The notes beneath the pieces are model-generated. The model saw only the letters and a list, made by a program, of their open reading frames with translations. It was not told the DNA's origin and ran no database searches. DNA of 64,000 nucleotides from Phoronis australis (taxonomy: Eukaryota > Animalia > Phoronida). How positions within the stretch are numbered: the first letter of the stretch is position 1; each line of letters starts with the position of its first letter. Location of the stretch: positions 62,001 through 126,000 of the forward strand of contig NMRA01000256.1 of NCBI GenBank assembly GCA_002633005.1, read 5' to 3'. Position numbers and translations under genes: made by a program. Of the stretch, positions 15,201-27,520 are shown one piece after another.

Positions 15201-17560
15201 AGATTACTTCAGGCTTATTCACTCATTTGCCTCAGTGATTTAGAAGATCTGTGTGATTACGTATAACTCGGAGTGAAGACACATACCTTATCTGGTTGTC
15301 GACCATCTACAGATACACCCATCAATGCAGTCAAGGGAGCTAGCATATTAGCACTGAAGGAGAGAAAAATGACAAATATTATAGGCCTATACTTAAGTTT
15401 AACATCAAGTTAAGCCATATAGATACAGAAGTTCAACCAGGATTTTAAAAATAGGGCATCCAGAAGGGGTTCTCAAGTTCTCAGGGTGTCCATGACCTGA
15501 ATGACACGTGAATATGTTCATTTTATGGCCCCGAGTCATATTGCTGTTATAATGTGGTTTGTTACTGTGTCGATGCAGATTCTGTAAATATTTTTTTTGT
15601 ACTTAAATCAACTTCTTTATTCTGGACAGTCCAATGAGCTCGCAGAGATGTTGCTAGCAGTGAAGAGATGCCCATGCTTTCTTGCTTAATTACTTTACTT
15701 GGGTGTCCAAATTGTGAACAGGTTGTTCTAGTTAGGGTGTCTAAATTTGATTTAGTGTGTTTATTTGGATGTCCTGTATACCCTCTAGATGAAAGTCTAT
15801 AGATCTCACAGTTGGTCTCATTTAAGACATTTACCTGACTGTAACGATAAATGACAAAAATATTTTTAATTTTTGACATGCCATGGATTCAAATTTTGTA
15901 TATCTTGATTTCACCTTGCTTCAGGCAGTCAGGAAAATGGACTCACAGAGCATCGCTACCAAGCCTGGTGGAAAAAATTCAAAACCTGCTACACTTCACA
16001 AAGAGATGGGTGGAAGCTACCCATCTTTAACTATAGCTCTATAATTGAGTTTGTGTATTCTCTTGGCTGGCCTGTCATAAACAGTGACCAAGAAAACAAA
16101 GGGGCAGAAACCAATTACCCTGCCCAGCTAAGCTGATCACAGCTTAACATTGGATTATGGCTTTCTGCTGCTGAGCTTGTAATGAACCATACATAATGTA
16201 GATGATAATGCATAACTGCCAAATCATCATGAGAGACCACATCATGAGAGACCACATCATGAGAGACCACATCATGAGAGACCACATCATGAGAGACCAC
16301 ATCATGAGAGACCATGCACATCATGAGAGACCCTCTGGAGTTGGTATATGGTGCAACTCTTGAGGGCCTGGGCTCAACAGAAAACCACAGTTGTACAGTG
16401 AGTCTACAACAATGTGATAAACAAGAATTCTACTTGCAGCGTCAGCTGCATCTATAGTTATTTCTTTTATGACACACAATGTGTAACTGTGCACAGCCTT
16501 TTCAATAAGCCAATGGAGCATGAGACACCTGAGGTCCCTGTCAAGTCCTCACTGCAATTCTAGGTATGGGGGTGAGCAATTCTCTAGTACCCTTGAAATT
16601 TTCCAGCAGTGAGCATGCAAAATAAAAAACTGAAAATCTCATCAAATGTGGACACCAGAGATGAGCTGTGTCCATCCTGTTGGGTCACTTTGGTGTAAAG
16701 TGTAATACGTAGATGAAATTCAAGCACCCACTAGTCGGATCCTCTGGTTGTCCTTAAACTTCCTTAAAGCTGTGAATTGGACTTCACTGACTTATGACTT
16801 CCCCAAGGACTAATCAATCTTTACCATAGATGATTAGGCTAACAGGTACTTATCACACAATTCGCAAACTACAGGGTCAAACAACATTAAACCCGTAATT
16901 TCTGTCCGATTTAGGCCACTGTGGCCTACCGTTAAAGACACTTGCATAGTCTGCTTAATAAAAGAACTGACAGTTCTTCAAAACCAGAGTCATAAAATTT
17001 CTGGTCAACTACACTTCATATCTCAACAATGCCAGTTCTTCTTCAAAGATCATGTCTAAATTGAGTAAGGAACAACATGGTAAGTGTCCTAAATCAAAAG
17101 TTATTTTTGACAGAGAGCACATGCTCCTTGTGTTGTGCTGTGGACATATCATATGTTAGGCCTACATGCCCGACGTGGTAGATCGATTGTTTTGGACTGG
17201 AATCTGAACCAATACGTAGGCCCACTTTGAATCCACATATCCTTGTCAGCTTGTGCACAACTAACAAATTACTGTCAAAACTTAACGAAAATTAAATTTG
17301 CATCTGTGGCGAAAATTCTACCGAGACCCTCGAGCCTCCGACAGCGGCGAGGCCGGAGAGGGGCCAGCCAAGAAATCTACCACCGATCGCACATTTCACA
17401 TTCAAAACACGATTTTCAATAGATTCAGACAGGAAAGTTTAACTAAACAATACCGTGTGTAATCCGTAGATGTCCTTGGGACGGTTGCGGGAAGGGAAGG
17501 CAAGTACGAGTCCCGTAACGCCATGGTGGAGAACGGTCTCTGTAGGCCTACCTCTGCCAT
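224..17560 (-). CDS. BTBD16: BTB/POZ domain-containing protein 16 orthologue (germ cell-less-like BTB-BACK family), spliced, 3' end outside the window
   Basis: Hand-spliced minus-strand exons with GT-AG ends and consistent phases: 17560-17454, 15353-15287, 13165-13009, 10984-10825, 9995-9883, 8855-8735, 8580-8500, 7857-7718, 6867-6753, 5777-5708, 5348-5218, 3350-3231 (duplicate copy 2463-2344), 1665-1574, 1103-1021, 304-224 (546 codons so far). Peptides match BTBD16 motifs recalled from the human protein: QVGSTNRWRIP..LGSDLL, DVLLKCLGIEWELHRLFFQKS (BTB start), DPFITKQAMAVALGNLY, CERWLELNLIPQLATQIHL, LFMALRLHGI, HYHALQGGGDM. The first two exons and the linker exons 4, 5 and 7 rest on splice and phase logic only. 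Confidence 0.88.
1928..3700. repeat. 886-bp tandem duplication (1928-2813 and 2815-3700) separated by a single N at 2814
   Basis: Direct comparison: offset 887, first ~490 bp identical, then 9 substitutions seen by eye. Contains the 120-nt BTBD16 exon. Confidence 0.95.
6570..6613. repeat. 22-bp tandem duplication (GAAACTCGATTATTGTAATGTA x2)
   Basis: Seen directly, intronic. Confidence 0.85.
16225..16332. repeat. 15-bp minisatellite (CATCATGAGAGACCA) x6 perfect plus 1 displaced copy
   Basis: Seen directly in BTBD16 intron 1; it explains the VVSHD-repeat ORF 16115-16324. Confidence 0.95.
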
Positions 17561-17908
17561 GTCTCAGTTTCGTATGTAGCCTATTGCTAAGGGCTACTCA
17601 CTTCCTGTCCGTCCGCGATATAGAGCCACGTCCTAACATCACGAGACGAAATACAGTTTAAAAACACGATACTATTACAAACAATTTTAGTTACGCTTTT
17701 ATTTTTGACGCAAAATCGTTCCTTAATGAATTGAATTGCGTAAATGGAGAACTTGTGGAATATGCGCGGAGTGATTTGTCACTAAGGTAAACTACACGGC
17801 GCCTTAAGTGTGGTCCAGTGGCTGTCTGTTGTGTTTGTCTTTTGTGACCTTTGACAGCTATTGCTGCTGCTATTGTTCAGTGTTGTTGTTGGTCCTACTG
17901 AATAATTA

Positions 17909-18302
17909 CCCGGGGTATTCGACTATTTTGACTTGGATAACCACATTTGTAACGTGGAGTCTCAAAAAAGGACCCATTTGTGATGGAGAAATTCCACACA
18001 AAGGTCACCCTTTCGTGGGATCAGTTTTCACGGTTTCGCCAAACCATGAGTACTTTTCTCTTGCTGCTACCGTACGACAAGTCCCGGTAGCCCGGCAGGT
18101 TAATTTCACAAACATAATCTCTTCGAAGTTAATGACGGAAGATGTCATCAACCTCTCTTGCAATGAATAGATACCGGCTACTGAATATTGAAAAAGGCAT
18201 GGAACTTTTCAGTGTCGAATCATTCTCGGGTTTGGGCGGCATTATTGTCTTGTACCGTGCCCTATACGGATCTCTCAGACTCTATTGAGAGTAGTCCCCG
18301 GG
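17909..18302. mobile_element. MITE-like element with CCCGGGG/CCCCGGG termini
   Basis: Short inverted termini. Shares internal words (AAAAAAG(T)GACCCATTT, GGGCGGCA) with the element at 18760-19042. No clear TSD. Confidence 0.5.
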
Positions 18303-18759
18303 ACAGTTACAAAGACGTCATTTGAAACTGACTGTAAAGAAGTTTAATTGTATCACAAAGTAGGCGACTGTGTGCCTCTTGTACCCAGTAATAGCCTACC
18401 ACAAAGGGGCTAGTGAGTGACTGACAAATATTGAATGGTGTCTTGTTCATTTTTTTCGGTGCCCGTGACCTGAGGTTGCATGTGGCTTCCATTGCTGAAT
18501 GATACCTCAAAACACAACAAAAATTGAAAATGACAGCACTGATACGCCGTAAAATGGAACAACTGTTGCATTTTACGTCATTGTTACATTTTACGTTGCT
18601 ACAGCCTCTCCTAAAATGTATCAAGTTGTTGCACTTTACGTAATTGTTACATTTCACGTCGAACGCAAATGCGAGAAATGCACCATTGTTACATTTTGCG
18701 AAACCCACGTCATATTACAAGGAAAATGACCAAAATCACGAACAATGGTATCTGGCACG

Positions 18760-19042
18760 ACCAGGGGATGTTGGAGTATTTTTGTACGAGGGGTGCCGCC
18801 CGAAAAATTTGAATACGTACCCGTTATAGAGAGTGGGCTCGGACAAAAAAGTGACCCATTTACAGACTGATTTGCGTAAAAATTCACATTTTCGCACACT
18901 TTTGTTTCAGAAATTCAGGAACGGCGCCTTTTAGATATAATTTTGTCAAAATGGCACCATTTTGGAGAGTATTTTTTTCTGTGAAAAAACACCCTTTAGG
19001 GCGGCACTTTTCGTATACTTCTTCTATAGAATGCCCTCCGGG
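18760..19042. mobile_element. MITE-like element nested in the TIR element, same family as 17909-18302
   Basis: Subterminal inverted pair TACGAGGGGTGCCGCCC / GGGCGGCACTTTTCGTA; degenerate CCAGGGG / CTCCGGG ends. Confidence 0.5.
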
Positions 19043-19067
19043 CTGACACGACATGAATTTGGCTACC

Positions 19068-19365
19068 TATTATCATTCTTATTAGTATTACATTACTAAT
19101 ACTACTATTACTACTATTACTATCACTACTATTACTACTATTACTATTACTATCACTACTATTACTACTATTACTGTCACTACTATTACTACTATTACTA
19201 TCACTACTATTACTACTATTACTATCACTACTATTACTAATATTACTATCACTACTATTACTATCACTACTATTACTAATATTACTATCACTACTATTAC
19301 TGCTATTACTACTATCATCACACTGTTACTCGTTATCGTTTTCGTTATCGTTATTATTATTATTA
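19068..19365. repeat. Compound trinucleotide microsatellite (TAC/TAT/CAC)n
   Basis: Seen directly; produces the spurious Val/Ile ORF 19088-19321. Confidence 0.95.
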
Positions 19366-22039
19366 TGAATATTTTAAAATTTATTTAACGATGACACAAT
19401 ACCTGTTTAGCTAAGTGCTAATACATCAAGATCCTCAAAGATTTTAAAGTCATCTCATTTATGGTTCAATGTTTTCCTCGGGATTTCCACAGATGACAGT
19501 GAGTGCTGTTCCAAAGGATTTTAAAGGGGTTCCCATGTTCAGCATTTACGATTTTGTGAGGAACGTCTTGACAACTGTGGATGCAGATTAGGCCTACTTC
19601 TTGGAATAGAGGAGGTTGAGATTTAAAATTTTGTTTAGACGTGCACCAACCTCAAAAATTGATTATTTCTGACCTATCGACAAGCGTTGTATTGTTTTTA
19701 AATATAACTATATCTATCAGCAGTTTGCCAAGAACTTAATTTAGATCGCACTGTTTTACTCGCGACTTTCATCTAAACGTGAGGATAACCACTGTGTAAT
19801 CATTTTTGTTTCTTGTTGAAAACATTCCTTGTCAAAGAACTGGGGATTGTTCCACGATGATGTGTAAGTTCAAATTTGCGTTAAGTTGAACTCTGAAGGC
19901 AGCGGTCACTGGATCATTAAAATATCTGGTAATGGACATAAAAACGCGCAACAATTTTATGTGGAGCGGGCCCCAATATTCTTAGATTTAACAGAGTGAT
20001 TTGAACTAGGTTTCATTGAACGTCGAAGTCAGTGGTGTTTAATGTAAGCATTTTATGCAATGTACCAAAAGGTAAATATACCAAATTCGTTTATGTGCGA
20101 GCTGCAATACAAAAATGGCGCCTCATGAGACACGTGACTTCACGTCCATAAATAATAGAATGTCCAATTTTGTCTTCATCTATATTTACTTCGAACTAAT
20201 AAACAATGACCAAATAGCAATTTTAATTCATATTTCATCTTTAAAGATAATAGAAAGAGGAAGTGCATGTTTTTGTAGTCCGAAAGGCCGACAGTCAGCT
20301 TTTTGGACTATTGCCTCTTTAAACTATCGACCTGGACCTGTCCAGGTTTAGCAAAATAATCGATCATGTCCTTTCAGAGTGCCAAATATTTTCTATTTCT
20401 CCAGCTAGACATCCCATTTTTATGTATACACGTCACGTATTCACCTGTTGTTACCACCACCATTTCAGACAGATTTGACATCATTGGGACAATGATATTT
20501 CTTTCACCTTTTAAGCTGTATAAAACACGTTACTATACCGCCACTTCTTTAAACTTTTGGCTCGCCCTTCTCAAAGGCGATATTTTGCGGCCGACAAATA
20601 AATGCGTGCTTTTACTTCCTTCCACCACAATGTCTATAAGAAATTGTCATTCTTAACTAGACAGAACCTGTCGGCATCAGAAACATTGGTTTTGCTCCTT
20701 TTGTGTGGAGCAGGTCAATTACTACAGTCAGCGATGATTCTAAGGCAATAAAACATTGGCCAAAAGAAATCAGACTATCGTGGACTAAAAAGGATGTTTT
20801 TTCTATCAAATTGGCTTCCGAAATTGAATTCTCCATGAAAATTTTTTTAGTGTCGTTTGTTGCCGAAGAAATACAATAAATATTAGCCAAATACAGTGTC
20901 ATGTTGTGCTTACCAAGCGAAGTGTGTTTACTGTAATGCCGGATACACAATTGATTTATGACCTACAATAAAAAATTGTTACCTTATCCTGGAAACTCCT
21001 TTCGTGTGGAGTGGTAACTGTGCGGAGTGTAAAGCACATAGGCACACATCTGTAAGTTCGACCTGGCACATTTGATAGAATTTCATTTACACAATCCGGG
21101 AAAGAAGGCGTTAAGTGTGTGAACGGTTTATTTCCGTGTGACAAATATCCAAACTCTCGAAATATGACCTTGCTTTCGTAAAATGTAACAATGATACATT
21201 TCTCGCATACGCATTCGCCGTAAATTGTAACAATTACATAAAATGTAACAACTTGTTAAACTTCATGAGAGGCCTAGCAACTTAAAATGTAACAATGACG
21301 AAATTGTTACAGTTTACGGCGTATCACAGCACCTTATGCATGTACATTTGTTACAGTAAATTTTCAGTGTTTAAAAAGTGAAACTTGTGGCCGCCGGGAT
21401 TATGATTGTATGCATGTCTATCTCTGGGCGTCGTGCGTTACGACACGCAAGACTTCCCATGCATTTCGTACGCGCGAAGCACGTGGTCGTCATTTTTGTT
21501 CATCAAGTGAAGCCTTTGAGGTACGGTTCCAGACAACGAGCTAGTTTTTGCCAAAATTGATCAACAAACACGTAGATTCTGACACTGCATGGTCATACGC
21601 ACTAACTCGGGTCCTGCCTTGAATAGGAATAGGCTGGCCTCATATTTTCAGCTCCAGTGTTATTTTTCAAAGTCCACTTTCTTTGGTAGGCCTACCATAA
21701 CAATCCAAAAAATGTGTTCCAATGTTTCTTGTTTACGGTAACAAACATTCTATGTATCAGGTCGACTATTGAATTCTCTTTTGAGAAAAAAGTACGTGGA
21801 CCAAGTAAAAACTATTATTCAAGACACTAAAAATTAATGTCCAAGTAGTGTTGACGATGCCTTACTGTTTAATGTGCTTTTACTAAATATTAGAATAAAC
21901 TTTTACTCCGTCATGTAATACTGTTGAAGGCAAAGAAAAATAGAAAATTACATCTGAGAAAAAATAATCAACACTTTTCCTCAGTTAGTTCAAAATACCC
22001 AGTCTCTATCTTTTAATGATTGGTTGCAAGCTCTTTAGG

Positions 22040-24860
22040 TTGAATACGATGACATTAAAAAGGAATATGTACTGTAAACGGTTTAATTTTAGGTATCGTG
22101 TCCAGTGCTTAGAAAATTGTGAAAAACCAACAAGACATTTTACTGATTTAGAAAAATGTAAATAAAAAAATCAACATTGACGAACAGTCAAGAAGGAATT
22201 CTGGAAAAAATCTACTCTAGACAAATCTTTATGCCACAAAAGATGGTCACTTATCCCAATAAGACCTGGACATATTTCTACAAGATTCTAATTGACCAAA
22301 ACTTGTTAGGAACTATTAGGTATGATGAGAACATATTTGTTCTAAAAAGATGAAAAAATAAATCTCCAGATCTCGACGGTTTTACTGTAAAGTTGTACAA
22401 ATTGTTTTGGTCAGATTTGGGTGAATATTTAGTTAATGCTATTAATTGTATAATTCTATAGAATTCTGTGCCATCTGCAGTAAAACAAATTATCCCAAAA
22501 GGCAATAAACCAGGTGAATTTCTAAAAACCTGGGGATCAGTTTCATTGCTTAATGTGAATTTATAAAATAATTTCGGCCAATATTGCTGAACGCTTTAAT
22601 CTGAGTCGAATTTTTTGATCAATGAACCTCAAAAAGATTTTATTTTCGTTAGATTTATTGGTGAAAACATTCGATTGATCTATGATCTTATTTGTGTCTC
22701 TGGGCAACTGTATATTCCAGGTTTGCTGGTCCTCGTGGATTTTAAGAAGGCGTTCGACTCTATCTCTTGGAATTTTCAACCAAAAAACTTTCTTTTTTCA
22801 TTTCGGTCCAAACAAAGTGAGTTTTCTTGCTTGATAAGAGAGCTATGGCAAGTGTTATTCAACAGAGAATAACATCTCCATTTTTGAAATAGGTATAGGA
22901 TGTTAACAAGGTTACCCTGTGTCTCCTTACCTATTTTTACTCCGTGCTGAAATTATGGGAAATCTGTTTAGAAGTAATAAAAATATAAATGGAATGTAGA
23001 TTGGCTTTAAGGAATCTAAATTAATCCAATATGATGCTGATGGCACTGCGATTATAATTGACGGTTCAGAAAAGTAGTTAACGACGCTCTTGACCTGCTT
23101 GATCAGTTTTCGAAGTATTCATGTTTGACTTTTTCTGGACAGGCTCCATGAAACCATAAATTATAGTCTATGATGAAACATAGTAATTCAAGGATTTGCT
23201 GTGAAAAAAATTAAAATGGCATAAATCACAATTTACAATTCTCGGGATTCTTTTTTCTGCTGACATTTAAGAAATAAGTTAAATTAATTTTAACCTTAAG
23301 TTGGTCGATATCAAAAAGGAAATAGTGGGATGGTCAAGAATAAATTGAAGTACTCTTGGAAAATACTATTATAAAATCATTTCTTTTCCCTAAGCTGGAC
23401 CATCTTCTGTCGTGCTTGCCAATTCCCAACGATCTAGTTTTTTAAATTTAATCATATTTGAGGTGCATTATACCATACAAATGGTCGTAAAACCATGATT
23501 CAACAGTATCAGTTAGTTTATTCTTTTGTAGAAGCAATCGAAATTACATGGTTTCGAAAGATCCAGAAAGCCACAGAACGTAGTCCGTGGTTACGTTTTT
23601 TTTTCTAAGTAATGACTTTAAATCATCGGACTGTCTAAAATTTGGGAACTAGTTCTATAAGCAAGCTGATGCCCAAACTAAGTATTCTCTAAGATTTCCT
23701 TTATGAATTCTCAAATATAATTGACCAAGAAAAAATACTATGCCAGCCAATCTGATATAACTCCAATGTCAAGATTGATTGAGAAGCTGTTTTGGAGGAA
23801 TTAGCATGAAAATGGCATTTGTTACATCTCAGACCCATTGGGTGAGGACTGGGTTTTATTGTCGTTTGATGGCTTTTGTAAAAAGTTCGATTTTAGACCT
23901 ATGTTGCTGAAATTTTATGGCCACAGATAAGCTATTTGTTGCAAATGGAAATAATAAAACGAGGTAATTTTCTCTTCAGTGCACCTTTTATGCCGATTTG
24001 TGTAAACTTGTTGCTTGGAGATAAAAGAGACGAAACATATGTAGAATTCTTTTGTGCTTCGTAAATATTGTAGACATAGGTCTAAGGTAAAATGATAAAC
24101 AGACAGTGGTGTATCTGGTATTACCTCTGATTGTTGGAAAAATGTCTGCAATGTGAACTTAACGCTTGACGTGAAACTTCGTTGTTTTAGTTTAGTCTGT
24201 CTCATAGAATTATCAGTTGCAATTCTTATCATGTTAAAATTGCTGTTAGTCATTCCTCCGTGTGAACTTTCTATCAGAGGGAACCTGAGACTTTGCTTCA
24301 TTTATACTGCCAAGGTGATGTTGTTCAGAATTTTTGGAACACGATATGTACTTATTGAGAAATAGAACCAAAATATCTCTCTGGCTACTAATGTAGTTAC
24401 AGTTCTCTTTGGCAGCGGATGCAGAAACCATTCATTGCAAAATTTAATTATATGCTTTTGCAAATTTCACGTATAGAAGCAACGCCTCAAATGTAACCCT
24501 CCAAATTTAACTTTACTGTGAAAAGAAATAGTCCTACAGTGCTATTCCGGGAAATACATTTATTCAAAAATTGGACAGTTTTGCAAATAGATGCTCAACA
24601 ATTGGAAATTTAACAACACTGTAAAGTTGCATTTTGTAAATCACTATTTTTGATCTTCTCCAAATACTGCGTATTACAAACAATTCCAGATACTCCTTGT
24701 TACATGTTTTTTTCTTTGTTTATTTTTTGTCAGTTAAAACCCAGTTTAGACGTTTATTTTATTTTAGTTAAATCATAAAACCTGATTGTAATGTAAGGCA
24801 AAGGAATCCTAGTCCTTTTTCCTTGCTCAACTGAACTGGGAAAACAAAAATTAAAAAGGA
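22040..24860 (+). mobile_element. Decayed, 5'-truncated Tx1/L1-clade non-LTR retrotransposon (ORF2 RT to 3' end)
   Basis: Frame-broken peptides in collinear order: ENCEKPTRHFTDLEK; KSPDLDGFTVKLYKLFWSDLG; IIPKGNKPGEFLKTWGSVSLLNV; RFIGENIRLIYDLI..GLLVLVDFKKAFDSISW; GC*QGYPVSPYLFLLRAEIMG; IQYDAD (YADD-like). A-rich tail near 24840-24858. Boundaries approximate. Confidence 0.9.
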
Positions 24861-26538
24861 TCACTAATATTTATTAGTTTACTTCTAGACTTCTGTAGAA
24901 CGTTCTATACTGTATCCAATGTAGTTAACTACTCACAGTACATTTCAAAGTTACACTATAAGCGTTTGTTCATTTTTATCTATCAGAAAATCCTTATCTG
25001 CAAATTGCGGATAGGTAGTTGAAGTAATTAATTTACCACATTTTTTCTAAATGCCATTGCATCCTAAATTTTTACTGGAGAATATGATTGCAGCAGACGA
25101 CACCAAAATTCCAATAAATATAAGAAGATGTGTAATTTTGGATAAATACAAACACATCAACCAATACGGGAATTACGTATTTGCTACGTATTTTGCTGTT
25201 TCTGTAGTGCTACGGCGTAGCGTCAAAATGCTACGTATTTTCGGTAATTGATACGAATTTTGCCGATGTTTATAATAAAGTTTTCAAGCCTTCCTCTTTG
25301 GATTTTACTGGCAATCTCTTTTGTTGAAATAATCTCATATCACAAGCCTTTGCTTGACTGGGCCAAAGGAGTTACCAAGGAGGATAACAAACTCACAGTA
25401 GATGTAAGAGCATCTAATAGGTAAGTAGGTACATACATTGGATTATGACACTTGACCATATTTTACACGTTTTCGTCAGTGCTATGGTTTGCTGTTTTTT
25501 TCTTTTTTTTACAAAAATTGCTATGGTTAGAGCAAAACAATGGCTGACATCAGGAAGAGATATCTCTTCCTGCTGACATGTATGTAAATGCCCGACTACA
25601 TTCTTCACAGCAACCGTAAGGGATCCATATTCTAAAACCTTTGTATTTTAAGGTAAAAATCATTTGAAATTGTTTCCCTGCTGGTTATTTAGTCATTTAT
25701 ACAACGTCTCTGATTCTCTTCTTTTTACATTACTGTTACGTTTGAATTAACAAAAATATATTTTAAACCTGTCAGATCTATCTATTGTGATATTTAAAAT
25801 GAGGGTGGCCTCTTCAGTGATAGCATTGCTTTCCAAGAGGGCCCTCTGTCAGGTAAATGCAAAATGATAATTATTGATGAATCCAATTATTTATCTTTTG
25901 CTTCTGGAATAATCATACAGTAACTGATAACGGGCTTTCCAATAATATGACTTATACGCAATGTTGTTGAAAAACGGTGGAGTTGTGAAAAGTTTTATTG
26001 ACAGTTAAATCCATGAACAACCAACGACACCGGAGCAAACGAATGCAAACAACTTCCATGCATGCGCGGCGCAACCTCAGTGGCGCGAAATCGAAGTTGG
26101 CATTACAGGGCTTGAGTTCTATGTACCCTCTGACACGTACACAGCCACTTACATGTATACCGAAAAGTGGCCCTATGAAACATGAACGACACACGGAATT
26201 CCGTGCGTGTGAGCATTAAATGCGCATGCTTGGTCGGAAGTTCATAGTCGATCACATCGCCACCACTTGCACACGCCTTCATCGCACTGTACTTGTTCGG
26301 CCTTAGCAACGGGATCAGGGTTTCCTTGATTTTGTTTACTTTGATCACTGCCCGTTTTAATGAATTGCACATATTCAAGTCAAATGTGGTCGCCATACTA
26401 CGTAACATTAAACTAAAAGTGGTTTCTCAGGCTACAACCTATAGGAATTAGTAAATGTTATGACGTCGGTTTCATTACTTTAACCAATGAGAAGCCATGA
26501 TAAACAACATTCCACAGTAGTCGGTGGGCCAGATTTTG

Positions 26539-27520
26539 TAGGGCCTCTAGAAAATGGTTTTTGTGAGTACTTTAGGGGGGGCAATTTTATTTTGGTGTTT
26601 TTTAATTCATTTATTAGAGTGTTTTCAAAATCTAAAAAGTTCCCACATATAAAGTTGCACATTTTTGAGAAATTTGAGTTTGAAGTTACATAATAATCAC
26701 CAAAGAGCTTAGTAAACTTATATTTGTAAAAACAACAGTTTTGGTGACTTTTTTGTAAATCAAGTAATATGGTCCCATCAGTGTCATTGTATTGAACAAT
26801 ATTAAACTCACATTACACGTTTTACTATTGTAAATTAATTGTAAACAGTGAAATTTAAAAAACGTAAAGAGACACCTAGTGGCAAAAATGCAAACTAAGT
26901 CTGAATGTTACTAGGAAGTTATTCTGGCATTGTCAGGCAATAAAAATAACACAAAACTCTTGAGACTGGGCAAAATTTGTGCCTCAATGACTAAAACATT
27001 GACTAATGGTGTAAAATACAGCTTGTTTGCATAATACACCAGAAATATGTTATAGTACAAAAGCAATATAGTTGAATGATCTCTGTGAATGTGCACAAAG
27101 ACTGTATGAAAATAATAGATTATTCTGACAGCGTTTATCAAGCAGTATGAGACAAATACATGACAATGATCAAAGTATGTACTTTCTATGACTTACTCAA
27201 CAAATAAAATTAACTTTTTAATACAAAAAAGGAAATGACGGGGTAAGGTTGGAGGTCTATTTAGGGTTACTTGTCAAAGAACTATCCAATGTTATGCAGT
27301 CAGTGTTGCTGATGTTACTACAGTTGTCACAGCTGCACATTTCTGTACAGTTTGACCCAGCATTGCAGCGCAAACTCAGTTTCCCAGCACACATGTTCTT
27401 TTTGCACTTGCAGCGTTCTGTCAATGGAGATGCGGTCATTGCCATACAGTATTAACTGCAAAGCTCCACCGCCAAGGGGCCAACTATGGTCCATTAGAGA
27501 GGGTACAACACTGCACACTG
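26539..27520 (-). mobile_element. 3' remnant of an Academ-like DNA transposon (C-terminal Cys-rich zinc finger)
   Basis: Minus-strand VPSLMDHSWPLGGGALQ, then after a frameshift RCKCKKNMCAGKLSLRCNAGSNCTEMCSCDNCSN. This resembles the PSPxxHGW...CxC..C..C.C....CT..CxC..CxN tail (tesmin/CXC-like Cys8 finger) of Academ transposases. The end at ~26539 is a guess. Confidence 0.6.

Larger units (their letters stand above)
18540..21326. mobile_element. Non-autonomous DNA transposon, unclassified: TG..CA termini, ~170-bp TIRs, 6-bp TSD CAGCAC
   Basis: Left end TGATACGCCGTAAA (18540-18553) is the exact reverse complement of the right end TTTACGGCGTATCA (21313-21326). TIR homology extends over 18540-18716 and 21161-21326. 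CAGCAC flanks both sides (18534-18539, 21327-21332). Confidence 0.88.

Noticed and set aside
14893-15243. 116-aa plus-strand ORF inside a BTBD16 intron
   Set aside because: No recognisable domain or splice partners; consistent with chance.
16115-16332. VVSHD-repeat ORF or CRISPR-like array
   Set aside because: 15-bp head-to-tail minisatellite with no spacers, in a eukaryotic intron.
18307-18708. 133-aa ORF with VKCNN repeats
   Set aside because: Translation of the iterated motif in the left TIR of the 18540-21326 element.
19088-19321. Val/Ile-rich 77-aa ORF resembling a membrane protein
   Set aside because: It is the reverse strand of a trinucleotide microsatellite.
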